A stretch of DNA of 35,481 nt from Acidimicrobiia bacterium (lineage in GTDB: Bacteria > Actinomycetota > Acidimicrobiia > Spongiisociales > ZC4RG35), in contig DATDJH010000056.1 of the NCBI GenBank assembly GCA_036520635.1, positions 1-35,481 on the forward strand, in the 5' to 3' direction. Position numbers and translations under genes: made by a program. Shown here piece by piece: positions 8,266 to 16,467 of this stretch; the first letter of the stretch is position 1, and each line of letters starts with the position of its first letter. The notes beneath the pieces were generated by a model that worked only from the letters and a program-made list of their open reading frames with translations, was not told the origin of the DNA and searched no databases.

Positions 8266-9429
8266 ATGCGCTGTCGTCGCACCCTCTCCTCGCTTCTGGC
8301 CGCCGTTCTGGCCGCAGCCGTGCTCATCAGCACCGCTGATGGGGCGCGCGCCCAGAGTGTCGGGGACGCCGAGAACGCAGCCGAAGAGGCCCAACAGCAG
8401 GCCGGGGCGGCCAGTGGGCTCGTCGACGAGGCCCTAGCCAACCGCTCGGACATCGAGTCCCAATTGGCGGCCAGCATGGTCAGGCTCGACGAACTGGCGG
8501 AGCAACTCTCCTCTGTCGCGGCCGGAGTCGACAGGCTCCAGGGCCAAATCGGGTTCGCCGACGCCGAATTGTTGGGGATCAAGGCTGATATCGAGACCCA
8601 GGCGGTCGATGCCTACATGAGCGCCCTCAGCTCCCCCGGAGTCAGCCTGGCCAACTCCGACAACGTTGAAGATGCGCTGGTTGCCGGTCTCTTCATTGGC
8701 GACGTCGTCGCGACCGGGCAGGAGAACGTCGACGCTCTTGTCATGAAACGACGCGACCTCGAAGCACTGGTCGCAACCTTCCTTGCCGATCAAGAGCGAG
8801 TCGCTGAGCTTCAAGCCGAGGTGGATGCCGAGACCGAGAACCTGGCAAGTCTCTACGAGCAGGCTGACGCCAGCGTGGCCGAGGCGATCCGCGAGGCCAG
8901 CAAGTCCGCGGCCGAATACAGCGAGGCTCTCAACGCCGTTGACGCGGCGCGGGCGAGGGAGGCCGAGCAGGAGCGCCAGGACGAGAGGGACCCGCCAACG
9001 ACCACCACTCCGGACACCCCGAACTCCACGAACGCCCCAACCACGACTACCACGGTGGCAGTCACGACGACCACCGACGACGACAGCGGAGGCGGAGGTG
9101 GGAGCACCAATTTCCCGGCGGCTGTGGAGCGCTGGCGCGACGAGGTCAGCCGTTATTTCCCCGCCTCTCGAGTCAACGAGGCGCTGGCGATAATCCAATG
9201 TGAGAGCCTGGGAGATCCCGAGGCCTACAACCCCTATTCAGGGGCTTCAGGCCTGTTCCAATTCCTCCCGTCTACTTGGGCAGCAACGGCTTCGAAGGCA
9301 GGTTTCCCCAACAGCGGCCCATTCGACAGCCTGGCCAATATCGGGACGGCGGCCTGGCTGGGGCAGAGATACCAGGATCTGGGCCAGGGCTTTTGGAAGC
9401 CATGGTCATGTCGAAGAGTCTTGAACTGA
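8266..9429 (+). CDS. Secreted coiled-coil protein with C-terminal SLT-type lytic transglycosylase domain
   Basis: ATG at 8266 gives a signal peptide, 'MRCRRTLSSLLAAVLAAAVLISTADGARAQ'; the track's TTG at 8242 is less likely. About 230 aa of Ala/Glu/Leu-rich coiled coil follow, then a Thr-rich/Gly5 linker. The C-terminus 'IIQCESLGDPEAYNPYSGASGLFQFLPSTW' matches the SLT ES...GA.GL.Q motif. Confidence 0.75.
   Translation: MRCRRTLSSLLAAVLAAAVLISTADGARAQSVGDAENAAEEAQQQAGAASGLVDEALANRSDIESQLAASMVRLDELAEQLSSVAAGVDRLQGQIGFADAELLGIKADIETQAVDAYMSALSSPGVSLANSDNVEDALVAGLFIGDVVATGQENVDALVMKRRDLEALVATFLADQERVAELQAEVDAETENLASLYEQADASVAEAIREASKSAAEYSEALNAVDAARAREAEQERQDERDPPTTTTPDTPNSTNAPTTTTTVAVTTTTDDDSGGGGGSTNFPAAVERWRDEVSRYFPASRVNEALAIIQCESLGDPEAYNPYSGASGLFQFLPSTWAATASKAGFPNSGPFDSLANIGTAAWLGQRYQDLGQGFWKPWSCRRVLN
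8992..9105 (+). repeat. Coding Thr/Pro-rich plus Gly5 linker in the lytic transglycosylase
   Basis: Translation reads PPTTTTPDTPNSTNAPTTTTTVAVTTTTDDDSGGGGGS, lying between the coiled-coil and SLT domains. Confidence 0.9.
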
Positions 9430-9465
9430 CCCCGCCGCGGCCCACTTAAGATCCCCACGGACCCG

Positions 9466-10788
9466 ATGGAAAGCGTCGATCTAAATCCCCGCCGTCAGAT
9501 CCTCTACATAGGGCTAGCCGTTGCGGCCACGCTGCCTGGGGTCTTCCTTCGGTTGACCGGCACTCACCCAGCGCCGGTGGTCGGGGCGTTCCTGTTCGGC
9601 CTGGCGATTGTGGGGTCCGCCTTCATCCTCTCCTGGGCGGCCGAAGTCATCCAGTTGGACATCGCGGCCGGCCTCGCCCTCGCCCTCTTGGCCCTGATTG
9701 CGATCCTCCCCGAATACGCCGTCGACTTCGTGTTCACCGCCAAGGCAGGCCAGGAGTTCGCCGAAACCGGAGCGGCGACCCAATACGGGCCCTTGGCGTT
9801 GGCCAACATGACCGGTGGCAATCAACTGTTGATCGGCTTTGGTTGGCCACTGGTGATCCTCCTCGGCACTTACCGGGTACGGAAGACAAAAGCCTCTCCG
9901 GAGCGCGCCGAGGGAACGACCGCGACGACAATCAACCTCGATCGATCGCAGTCGGTTGAGATCGCATACCTCACAATCGCCTCCTTGTATGGCTTGACCC
10001 TGTTTCTCAAAGACACACTGACGTTGTGGGATGCCGGGATCCTGGTCTTCATCTATGTCCTCTACCTCCGTCGGCTGTCGGGGGCCCCGCCCTCGACCCC
10101 CCACCTGGTCGGGCCTTCTGCCTACATCGGGTCGCTGCCCACACGATTGCGTCGCTTCATCAACTACATCGGGTTTGTGGTGGCGGCTGGAGTCATCCTC
10201 CTCTGTGCCGAGCCGTTTGCCGAGGCGATTGTCGAAATGGGCCAGACGCTCGGGGTGAGCGAGTTCCTCCTGGTGAAATGGATCGCGCCACTGGCTTCGG
10301 AGGCGCCCGAACTGTTGGTCGCTGCTCTATTTGCCTGGCGGCTTGCGGCCCGAACCGGGTTCGGAGCCCTCATCTCCTCGAAGGTGAACCAGTGGACGCT
10401 GCTCGTTGGCACGCTTCCCATCGTGTTCTCGATCTTTTCGAGGACCACCCACGGGCTGCCCCTCGACCGACAGCAGCGGGTCGAGCTCATGGTCACAGCC
10501 GCTCAGTCGGTCTTCGCGGTCGCCATCGTCGCCAGCCGATCGGTGACCACTAAGGAGGCATGGGCCATGTTCGCCCTATTTGTTGCACAACTCCTGGAGT
10601 CAGGTCTGGCGGAGCTCGGCCACATATCCGAGGAGGGGTCAGCCCAGGCCCGGATCGGAGTGGGCATCGTCTTCCTGCTCGCTGCGGCCTGGGTGTTGCG
10701 CAAGGACTTCCGCAAGCTGGTTGTGGTGGTGCGCGAAGGGCTCCGCACCCCGTGGCACGAGCTGGCTAAGGAAGACACCCCGGTGTGA
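9466..10788 (+). CDS. Polytopic membrane protein, Ca2+/cation antiporter (CaCA, Na+/Ca2+ exchanger-like) family
   Basis: 440 aa with about 10-11 hydrophobic segments. Two internally related regions carry alpha-repeat-like 'AILPEYAVD' and 'LASEAPELLVA' motifs. The family call rests on motif recall only. Confidence 0.6.
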   Translation: MESVDLNPRRQILYIGLAVAATLPGVFLRLTGTHPAPVVGAFLFGLAIVGSAFILSWAAEVIQLDIAAGLALALLALIAILPEYAVDFVFTAKAGQEFAETGAATQYGPLALANMTGGNQLLIGFGWPLVILLGTYRVRKTKASPERAEGTTATTINLDRSQSVEIAYLTIASLYGLTLFLKDTLTLWDAGILVFIYVLYLRRLSGAPPSTPHLVGPSAYIGSLPTRLRRFINYIGFVVAAGVILLCAEPFAEAIVEMGQTLGVSEFLLVKWIAPLASEAPELLVAALFAWRLAARTGFGALISSKVNQWTLLVGTLPIVFSIFSRTTHGLPLDRQQRVELMVTAAQSVFAVAIVASRSVTTKEAWAMFALFVAQLLESGLAELGHISEEGSAQARIGVGIVFLLAAAWVLRKDFRKLVVVVREGLRTPWHELAKEDTPV

Positions 10789-10797
10789 TTCTGTGCC

Positions 10798-10826
10798 CCT
10801 ACCAACAGCTCAGCCTGGGTTGTAGG
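10798..10826 (+). terminator. Imperfect hairpin downstream of the CaCA gene (possible terminator, no U-tract)
   Basis: The arm cctaccaac (10798-10806) pairs with gttgtagg (10819-10826), with one bulged C and a 12-nt loop. It sits in one of the few non-coding gaps. Confidence 0.2.
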
Positions 10827-10849
10827 TTCGAGCCGAGAGGGGGTCTGTC

Positions 10850-11545
10850 ATCGCCAAGCAATACTTTTCATCGGAAGTCTTTGACTTCTTGACCGAGCTG
10901 AGCCGCAACAACAACAAGATCTGGTGGGACCACAACAAGGAGCGGTACATCGAAGTCGTTCGGGAGCCAGCGCTGGACTTCATCCAGGATTTCGGGCCCC
11001 GGCTGACCCGGATTTCACCCCACTTCACAGCCGACGCCCGAACCATCGGCGGCTCCCTGATGCGGCCCTACCGAGACACCAGGTTCTCGAAGGACAAGAC
11101 GCCGTACAAGACGAATGTTGGGATCCAGTTTCGCCACGATGCCGGCAAGGACATCCACGCTCCCGGGTTCTACGTACACCTCGAGCCGGATGCTTGTTTC
11201 GCAGGGGTCGGGATGTGGCATCCCGAAACCCCCGTCGCTCGTCGGATACGGCAGGCGATCAACGATGACCCCTCAGGCTGGAAGCAAGCCACCAAGGGCA
11301 AGGCCTTTACCAACACCTGGTCGATCGAGCAGGACGAGGACGAGACTTTGAAGAAGGTGCCCCGGGAATTCGATCAGGATCACCCCTATGCCGACGACCT
11401 GCGCATGAAGAGCTTCGTCGCGGGGACCAGGATGTCAGACCAATTTGTCGCTTCGGCGGGGTTCGACACCCGTCTGATCGCGATGTTCTCCAAAGCGTCC
11501 GATTTCACGGCTTTCGTATGCAAGGCGATCGGTCTTCCGTTCTAG
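10850..11545 (+). CDS. DUF2461 / TIGR02453-family protein; start uncertain (track TTG at 10889; candidate ATC at 10850)
   Basis: 'FLTELSRNNNKIWWDHNKERY' and 'RPYRDTRFSKDKTPYKTN' are family hallmarks. The in-frame upstream stretch 'IAKQYFSSEVFDF' also looks conserved, but it has no canonical start. GAGAGGGGG at 10835-10843 lies 6 nt before ATC at 10850. Confidence 0.75.
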   Translation: MAKQYFSSEVFDFLTELSRNNNKIWWDHNKERYIEVVREPALDFIQDFGPRLTRISPHFTADARTIGGSLMRPYRDTRFSKDKTPYKTNVGIQFRHDAGKDIHAPGFYVHLEPDACFAGVGMWHPETPVARRIRQAINDDPSGWKQATKGKAFTNTWSIEQDEDETLKKVPREFDQDHPYADDLRMKSFVAGTRMSDQFVASAGFDTRLIAMFSKASDFTAFVCKAIGLPF

Positions 11546-11606
11546 TTTGCGACGCGCCGGCAGCGGCCTAACTTATGGGTGTTCCAACCACTGGGGGGAG
11601 CTGAGA

Positions 11607-12023
11607 GTGACGACTTTTCCGGGAACAGTTACGTTCGAGGATGACCGGGTGCCGGTCATGGTGGGGATCGACATCGACAAGATCACCCTCATCTCGGGTG
11701 AAGTGGAAATTGGTGAATGGCCCACGGCCGAATGCACCTTTGTCGAGAAGGGCGATGGCAGTTGGGTCATCGAAGCCGAGGACGATTCGGTCTTCTTCCT
11801 GCCCGACGACCCCTCCCGCTTCGCCCAGGGACTGGCCGGACATCTCATAATCGACGCCGACGCGCTGACAGAGACCAGCGCAGCCCATTCCGAAGCCGAC
11901 AACGGTGTGTTCGATGTGGCAGAAGGCCCCTCCCCCAAGGTCCTCACAGTGGTCGGGTTCTATGCGCTCTGCGCGATAACACTTGCCCTCGGGGTCTGGG
12001 CGGCGGTCAGCCTTATCGGCTGA
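11607..12023 (+). CDS. Hypothetical tail-anchored membrane protein
   Basis: GTG at 11607 is preceded by GGGGGGAG plus a 6-nt spacer. The track's TTG at 11547 adds a basic, low-plausibility leader. The protein has an acidic soluble domain and a single C-terminal TM helix, 'VLTVVGFYALCAITLALGVWAAVSLIG'. I recognise no family. Confidence 0.5.
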   Translation: MTTFPGTVTFEDDRVPVMVGIDIDKITLISGEVEIGEWPTAECTFVEKGDGSWVIEAEDDSVFFLPDDPSRFAQGLAGHLIIDADALTETSAAHSEADNGVFDVAEGPSPKVLTVVGFYALCAITLALGVWAAVSLIG

Positions 12024-12590
12024 TCAGGTCGGCAGCTCCATCCAGCCGGCAACCCGGTCCAGGAGATAGACGCTGACGTCATGGGACCGGTCGAGCACGT
12101 CACATAGTTGCTCGCGGCCCATGAGCACGTCGACCAGGCTTACCGATGACTTCCCGGTGAGGGTCAGCCTCCGCTCAGGGGCGTCAGTGACTGCCCCATA
12201 AGAGTCGATTGCCTGGACCTCCACCACCAGCGAGAGCCGGCCGATGCCCGCGAGATCGGTGGCGAGAACCAGCAGGTCCGGCGGGTTGTGGAGCGGCGGA
12301 ACCGCCCAGTTGAAGAAGAGGTCGAGGTGGTAGACGTCCTCAGGCTCCTCGAAGTCATCGTCCATCTCCTCGAGACGCTCCCGCAAAGAGAGAATCACCC
12401 TGGGGTCACCGTCAAGCGCCAGGTGAAGATCGATGGGCCCGCCGCAACCAGCCTCCGGATGGAGATCCACCTCCCAGGACTGGCGCAGTGAGTAGGTCTC
12501 GACGAAATGCCGCTCGTCATGCACGTGAAATCCGTGCTCGGTGGCATGTTCCTTCAGATCGGTGACAAAGCCTGCGATGTCGATCGACAT
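12024..12590 (-). CDS. Hypothetical acidic cytoplasmic protein (188 aa), no recognisable family
   Basis: ATG-started ORF with codon usage like its neighbours. An acidic tract, 'EEMDDDFEEPED', is present. Its stop sits back-to-back with the stop of 11607-12023 (TGATCA at 12021-12026). Confidence 0.55.
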   Translation of the reverse strand: MSIDIAGFVTDLKEHATEHGFHVHDERHFVETYSLRQSWEVDLHPEAGCGGPIDLHLALDGDPRVILSLRERLEEMDDDFEEPEDVYHLDLFFNWAVPPLHNPPDLLVLATDLAGIGRLSLVVEVQAIDSYGAVTDAPERRLTLTGKSSVSLVDVLMGREQLCDVLDRSHDVSVYLLDRVAGWMELPT

Positions 12591-12637
12591 TGATGACTGA
12601 GGTTATTGGACTCCGGATTCAAATCACAGTGAGACGA

Positions 12638-13654
12638 CTACCGATCGCGACGACGCCAGCCGATGACCAACCCGGTGAGGAAGGCGACCACTGCCGCGCC
12701 GGGTATGGCCCGGGGCGGCTCGGACACGACAACCAGGGGGTCCACCGGTCGTTGAGGAGCCTTGACCCGAGCCGCGGCCAGCCGATCCGCGTAGGCCCTG
12801 GTCACTTCGGCCCCAAACAGGAAGACGGACGAAAGCATGTACGCCATGAACAGGACGACCACCAGGGAGCCAGCGAATCCGAGTGCGGTGGTGACCCCGA
12901 ATATCTGGAACCAAATCCCGATCCCGTAAGCGGCCACGGTGAACACGACTGCAGTGAACAGGGCGCCGAACCAGACCGCACGCCAGGGAATCGGCACCAC
13001 AGTGAGTGTCTGGAAGATGAGGGCGAACACGAGGGGCAGAATCGCCAACGAGACAATGGGACCCAACACCTGGAAGACAGTGTCCAGATTCTCCAGGCTC
13101 TCCGGCAGCAGGGAGTCGAGGAAGCCCCAAATCGCATTTATCACCAGCAGAGCCAGCATCACCAAACCCAACCCGAACACCCAGAGAAACCCGATCCCCC
13201 GCTTTCGGACCAGGCCGATCAGGCCGGAGATTCGCTCATAGGGGACATCGAATATGTCGTTCAGGTCATGTTGCAGCTCGATAAAGAGACTCGAGGCCGA
13301 CCAGAGCAGCAAGACGACTCCGATGATTGCCGCGGTGTTGGTGGAGCTCACGGCGGTGGCGAGAATGGTGGCCACCGTGGTTGCCACCTGCGGGCCGGCG
13401 ATCCGCTCGACTGCTTCCAGCACTTCGCGCTGAACCTCGGCATTCCCAAGGAACGCACCGGCGACGGAAACCGCGATGATCAACATCGGCGCCAAGGCGA
13501 AGACAGTCCGGTAAGCGATGGCCGCGGCCATCCTCGGGGCGCGATCGATGCTGTACTCCTTGGCGGAGGTGGCCACGATCTCCGCCGGGCCTTTCGCCCA
13601 CTTGGGAAGTCTCTCGACAATCCGCTCGATAATGAGACCAGCGTATCGGCGCAT
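12638..13654 (-). CDS. YihY/BrkB-family inner membrane protein
   Basis: 338 aa. 'SIDRAPRMAAAIAYRTVFALAPMLII' is the characteristic YihY N-terminal motif. Six hydrophobic segments follow, and the tail is basic. Confidence 0.85.
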   Translation of the reverse strand: MRRYAGLIIERIVERLPKWAKGPAEIVATSAKEYSIDRAPRMAAAIAYRTVFALAPMLIIAVSVAGAFLGNAEVQREVLEAVERIAGPQVATTVATILATAVSSTNTAAIIGVVLLLWSASSLFIELQHDLNDIFDVPYERISGLIGLVRKRGIGFLWVFGLGLVMLALLVINAIWGFLDSLLPESLENLDTVFQVLGPIVSLAILPLVFALIFQTLTVVPIPWRAVWFGALFTAVVFTVAAYGIGIWFQIFGVTTALGFAGSLVVVLFMAYMLSSVFLFGAEVTRAYADRLAAARVKAPQRPVDPLVVVSEPPRAIPGAAVVAFLTGLVIGWRRRDR

Positions 13655-13667
13655 ACACTCGCCGCCC

Positions 13668-14690
13668 GTGAGTCACCCTTTCCCGGCGCCGATCGAAACG
13701 ATGGAAGCGAAGGTGTCGGAGGGCTGGCCGAAGGGAACCTTCCTCTACGAGCCGAAGTGGGACGGTTTTCGATCCGTCTCCTGGTCCCAACCCGACATTC
13801 GACTCGACTCGAGATCGCAGCGCCCATTGCTCCGCTATTTCCCGGAGTTGCGCCCTGCGTTGGAACAGCTTCCGGACGGCACCGTCATCGACGGCGAGGT
13901 CATCGTGGTGGTAGACGGGGCAACCGACTTCGGCACCCTCCAGCAGCGAATCCATCCTGCCGAATCCAGAATCAAGATGCTCTCGGAAGCGACGCCGGCC
14001 GAGTTGGTCGCGTTCGACCTGCTCGCCCACCAGGGGGAGGACCTCCGAGCTGCTCCATTTGTGGAACGACGTGAGCGACTCATGAGTGTCGCGGCCGATC
14101 TCGGGCACCCCTGGCACCTGACTCCGCAAACCGAATCCGAGGAAACTGCCACCAGATGGTTCTCCGAGTTCGAGTCGGCCGGTTGCGACGGGATCATCGC
14201 CAAGTTGCCGGACCTCGCATACCAGCACGGGAAGCGGGCGATGATCAAGATCAAGCACCGGCGGACCGTGGACTGTGTCGTCGGAGGGTTCAGAGAGCAC
14301 AAGGACGGGGGGAAAATTGGCTCACTCTTGCTCGGGGTTTACGACGGGCAAGGTCAGCTTCACTTCATCGGACATTGCTCCGGCTTCCCCGATGGGCAAA
14401 GGGTCGAGATCTACAACCGCTTTCTCGAATTGGTGGCCGCCGACAGCTTCGACGAGGATGCCCGGGCGCCGGGAGGGCAGAGTCGATGGTCGTCAGCAAA
14501 GGATGGAGCTTGGACCCCGGTGCAACCCGGTGTCGTTGTGGAAGTGAGCTATGACCAACTCGAAGGGAACCGATTCAGACACGCCACCAGGTTTCACCGC
14601 TGGCGCCCGGAGAAGGATCCGTTGAGCTGCACGATGGAGCAACTGGAGCGCCCCGAGGGGCCAGGGTTCGCAGAGGTGGTTGCGGGATGA
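13668..14690 (+). CDS. ligC: ATP-dependent DNA ligase (LigC-type, stand-alone ligase domain)
   Basis: 'YEPKWDGFR' is adenylation motif I (KxDG). 'RYFPEL', 'DGEVIV', 'LVAFDLL', 'GIIAK' and 'MIKIKHRRT' match motifs III-V. The GTG at 13668 gives an N-terminus about the same length as my recollection of mycobacterial LigC. Alternative starts are ATG at 13701 or ATG at 13632. Confidence 0.85.
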   Translation: MSHPFPAPIETMEAKVSEGWPKGTFLYEPKWDGFRSVSWSQPDIRLDSRSQRPLLRYFPELRPALEQLPDGTVIDGEVIVVVDGATDFGTLQQRIHPAESRIKMLSEATPAELVAFDLLAHQGEDLRAAPFVERRERLMSVAADLGHPWHLTPQTESEETATRWFSEFESAGCDGIIAKLPDLAYQHGKRAMIKIKHRRTVDCVVGGFREHKDGGKIGSLLLGVYDGQGQLHFIGHCSGFPDGQRVEIYNRFLELVAADSFDEDARAPGGQSRWSSAKDGAWTPVQPGVVVEVSYDQLEGNRFRHATRFHRWRPEKDPLSCTMEQLERPEGPGFAEVVAG

Positions 14691-15589
14691 CCGTTCTAGA
14701 AGTCTCTGACCTGACTCACGATTACGGCGAGGTGGTTGCGATCCGGAACCTGACCCTCGAGGTGCCGGAGGGAGTGACCGGGCTGGTTGGGGCCAACGGC
14801 GCGGGGAAGACCACCTTGTTGCGGCTGATGCTCGGCCTGCTCCACCCAACGTCGGGCTCGATGCAGGTTCTCGGTCACGACCCGCAGCGAGATCCTCTCG
14901 CGGTCCGCACTGTGATCGGCTACATGCCGGAAGGCGATTGTCTCCCCAAGGACCAAACCGCCGCCGACTTCGTGGCCTATACCGCGCAATTGGCCGGAAT
15001 TCCCCCGCGTGAAGCGAGGCGAAGAGCCTCAGAGACCCTCTTCCTAGTCGGCCTGGAGGAGGAGCGCTTTCGCTTCCTGGGTGACTTCTCCACTGGTATG
15101 CAGCAGAGGGTGAAACTGGCGCAAGCGATCGTTCACGACCCGGACCTGCTGCTCCTGGACGAGCCGGCGTCCGGGCTCGATCCCGAGGGCCGCACCCAGA
15201 TGCTGGAACTGATCCGCCGGCTCGCCGACTTCAAGGTCAACGTCATCCTCTCCTCCCACGTGCTTACCGACATCGAACAGACCTGTGATTGGGTGGTCAT
15301 GCTCGACGCCGGGGACCTGCTTCGCTCTGGCCCGCTGGAGGGCTTCGAGAAACTGGGCACCGTGGTCGTCGAAGTGATCGATCACGCCGACAAGGTTGCC
15401 GAGGCATTGAGACGTCGCGGCTTCGAAGCGACGGTCGAGGGTCAGCGCCTGCTGGTTGGGCCGGGCGATGAGAAGCTGGAGGAGGCGATCGTCGCCGAAA
15501 CCGCAGCAGCGAACTCCGGCCTGGTCCGGATGATCCGGGGATCGGCCTCGCTGGAGGACCTGTTCCTGGCCCGGGAGGCGTCTCAATGA
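14687..15589 (+). CDS. ABC transporter ATP-binding protein (ABC-2/DrrA-like) 1
   Basis: Walker A is 'GANGAGKTT', the signature is 'FSTGMQQR', and Walker B is 'LLLLDEPASGLD'. The ATG overlaps the ligase stop (ATGA at 14687-14690). Confidence 0.9.
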   Translation: MTVLEVSDLTHDYGEVVAIRNLTLEVPEGVTGLVGANGAGKTTLLRLMLGLLHPTSGSMQVLGHDPQRDPLAVRTVIGYMPEGDCLPKDQTAADFVAYTAQLAGIPPREARRRASETLFLVGLEEERFRFLGDFSTGMQQRVKLAQAIVHDPDLLLLDEPASGLDPEGRTQMLELIRRLADFKVNVILSSHVLTDIEQTCDWVVMLDAGDLLRSGPLEGFEKLGTVVVEVIDHADKVAEALRRRGFEATVEGQRLLVGPGDEKLEEAIVAETAAANSGLVRMIRGSASLEDLFLAREASQ

Positions 15590-16467
15590 CCGACCAGGTC
15601 ATCTTCGACCGGGGCTATCGGACGTACGACGGCCCACGACTAGGGCCGGCCGGTGCCCGGCGAGCGGTGTTCAAAGACGGGGTGCGCCGGGTTCTCGGGC
15701 TGGGCCGAAAGGCTCGGGAGAAGATCTTCCCCTGGGTCCTCATTGCCATCGCGGTGATTGCGGCTGCGGTTTTTCTCGGCATCAACTGGGCCGCCGGCAA
15801 CATCGACGAGGCGATTCAGGAGGGTGCCCCCACCTACGGCGACCTCTTCGACTTCTACTCGGCGATTTCCATCCTGTTCATTGCGTTCGCCGGTCCCAAG
15901 TTGCTGATCCCGGATCGGACCAAGGGAGTCCTTTCCGTCTATTTCTCCCGACCTCTCACCGTTGATGGGTACCTCACCTCGAAGGTGGGGGCGTTTGCCA
16001 CCGTGGTCGGCGCCATCTACATCGTCCCTCAGCTGATACTCCATCTCGGGCTGTCCCTGCTCTCCGACGATGGATTTCTCACCTACCTGGGCGACAACCT
16101 CGACGTCCTTTGGAAGGTGCCCGTGACCACCCTGGCATTCGTCGCCCTTCACGGTTCACTGATCTTCATCCTGGCATCGGTGATCGACCGCACCGGAATT
16201 GCGGCCGCAGCCTTTCTGGGAATCCTGGTCGCCGGAGACGGCATCGCCGGACGGGTCGCTGAGGCGACGTTTCCCGGCGCCAAGTTCGCCTCGCTGGTTG
16301 CCCCGGGTCAGCACCCGCGGATCATCAGGGATTACTTCTTCGGGGACACGATCGCCTACCCGGCGGAGATCGCAGGCTTCGATGTCTGGGTGTCGGTCGC
16401 GGTGGTCGTCGGCGTGACCGTCGCCGCGGTGTGGTTCATCAGATGGCGTTACCGGAAACTGGCATGA
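15586..16467 (+). CDS. ABC-2-type transporter permease 1
   Basis: 293 aa with six hydrophobic segments. ATGA overlaps occur at both ends (15586-15589 and 16464-16467), and the gene sits between two ABC ATPases. Confidence 0.7.
   Translation: MTDQVIFDRGYRTYDGPRLGPAGARRAVFKDGVRRVLGLGRKAREKIFPWVLIAIAVIAAAVFLGINWAAGNIDEAIQEGAPTYGDLFDFYSAISILFIAFAGPKLLIPDRTKGVLSVYFSRPLTVDGYLTSKVGAFATVVGAIYIVPQLILHLGLSLLSDDGFLTYLGDNLDVLWKVPVTTLAFVALHGSLIFILASVIDRTGIAAAAFLGILVAGDGIAGRVAEATFPGAKFASLVAPGQHPRIIRDYFFGDTIAYPAEIAGFDVWVSVAVVVGVTVAAVWFIRWRYRKLA

Noticed and set aside
12590-14074. 494-aa plus-strand ORF, the longest ORF in this region
   Set aside because: It is antisense to the well-supported YihY gene and out of frame with the ligase. 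The translation is Arg/Gly/Pro/His-rich low-complexity sequence with no motifs. This is a typical shadow ORF of high-G+C DNA.
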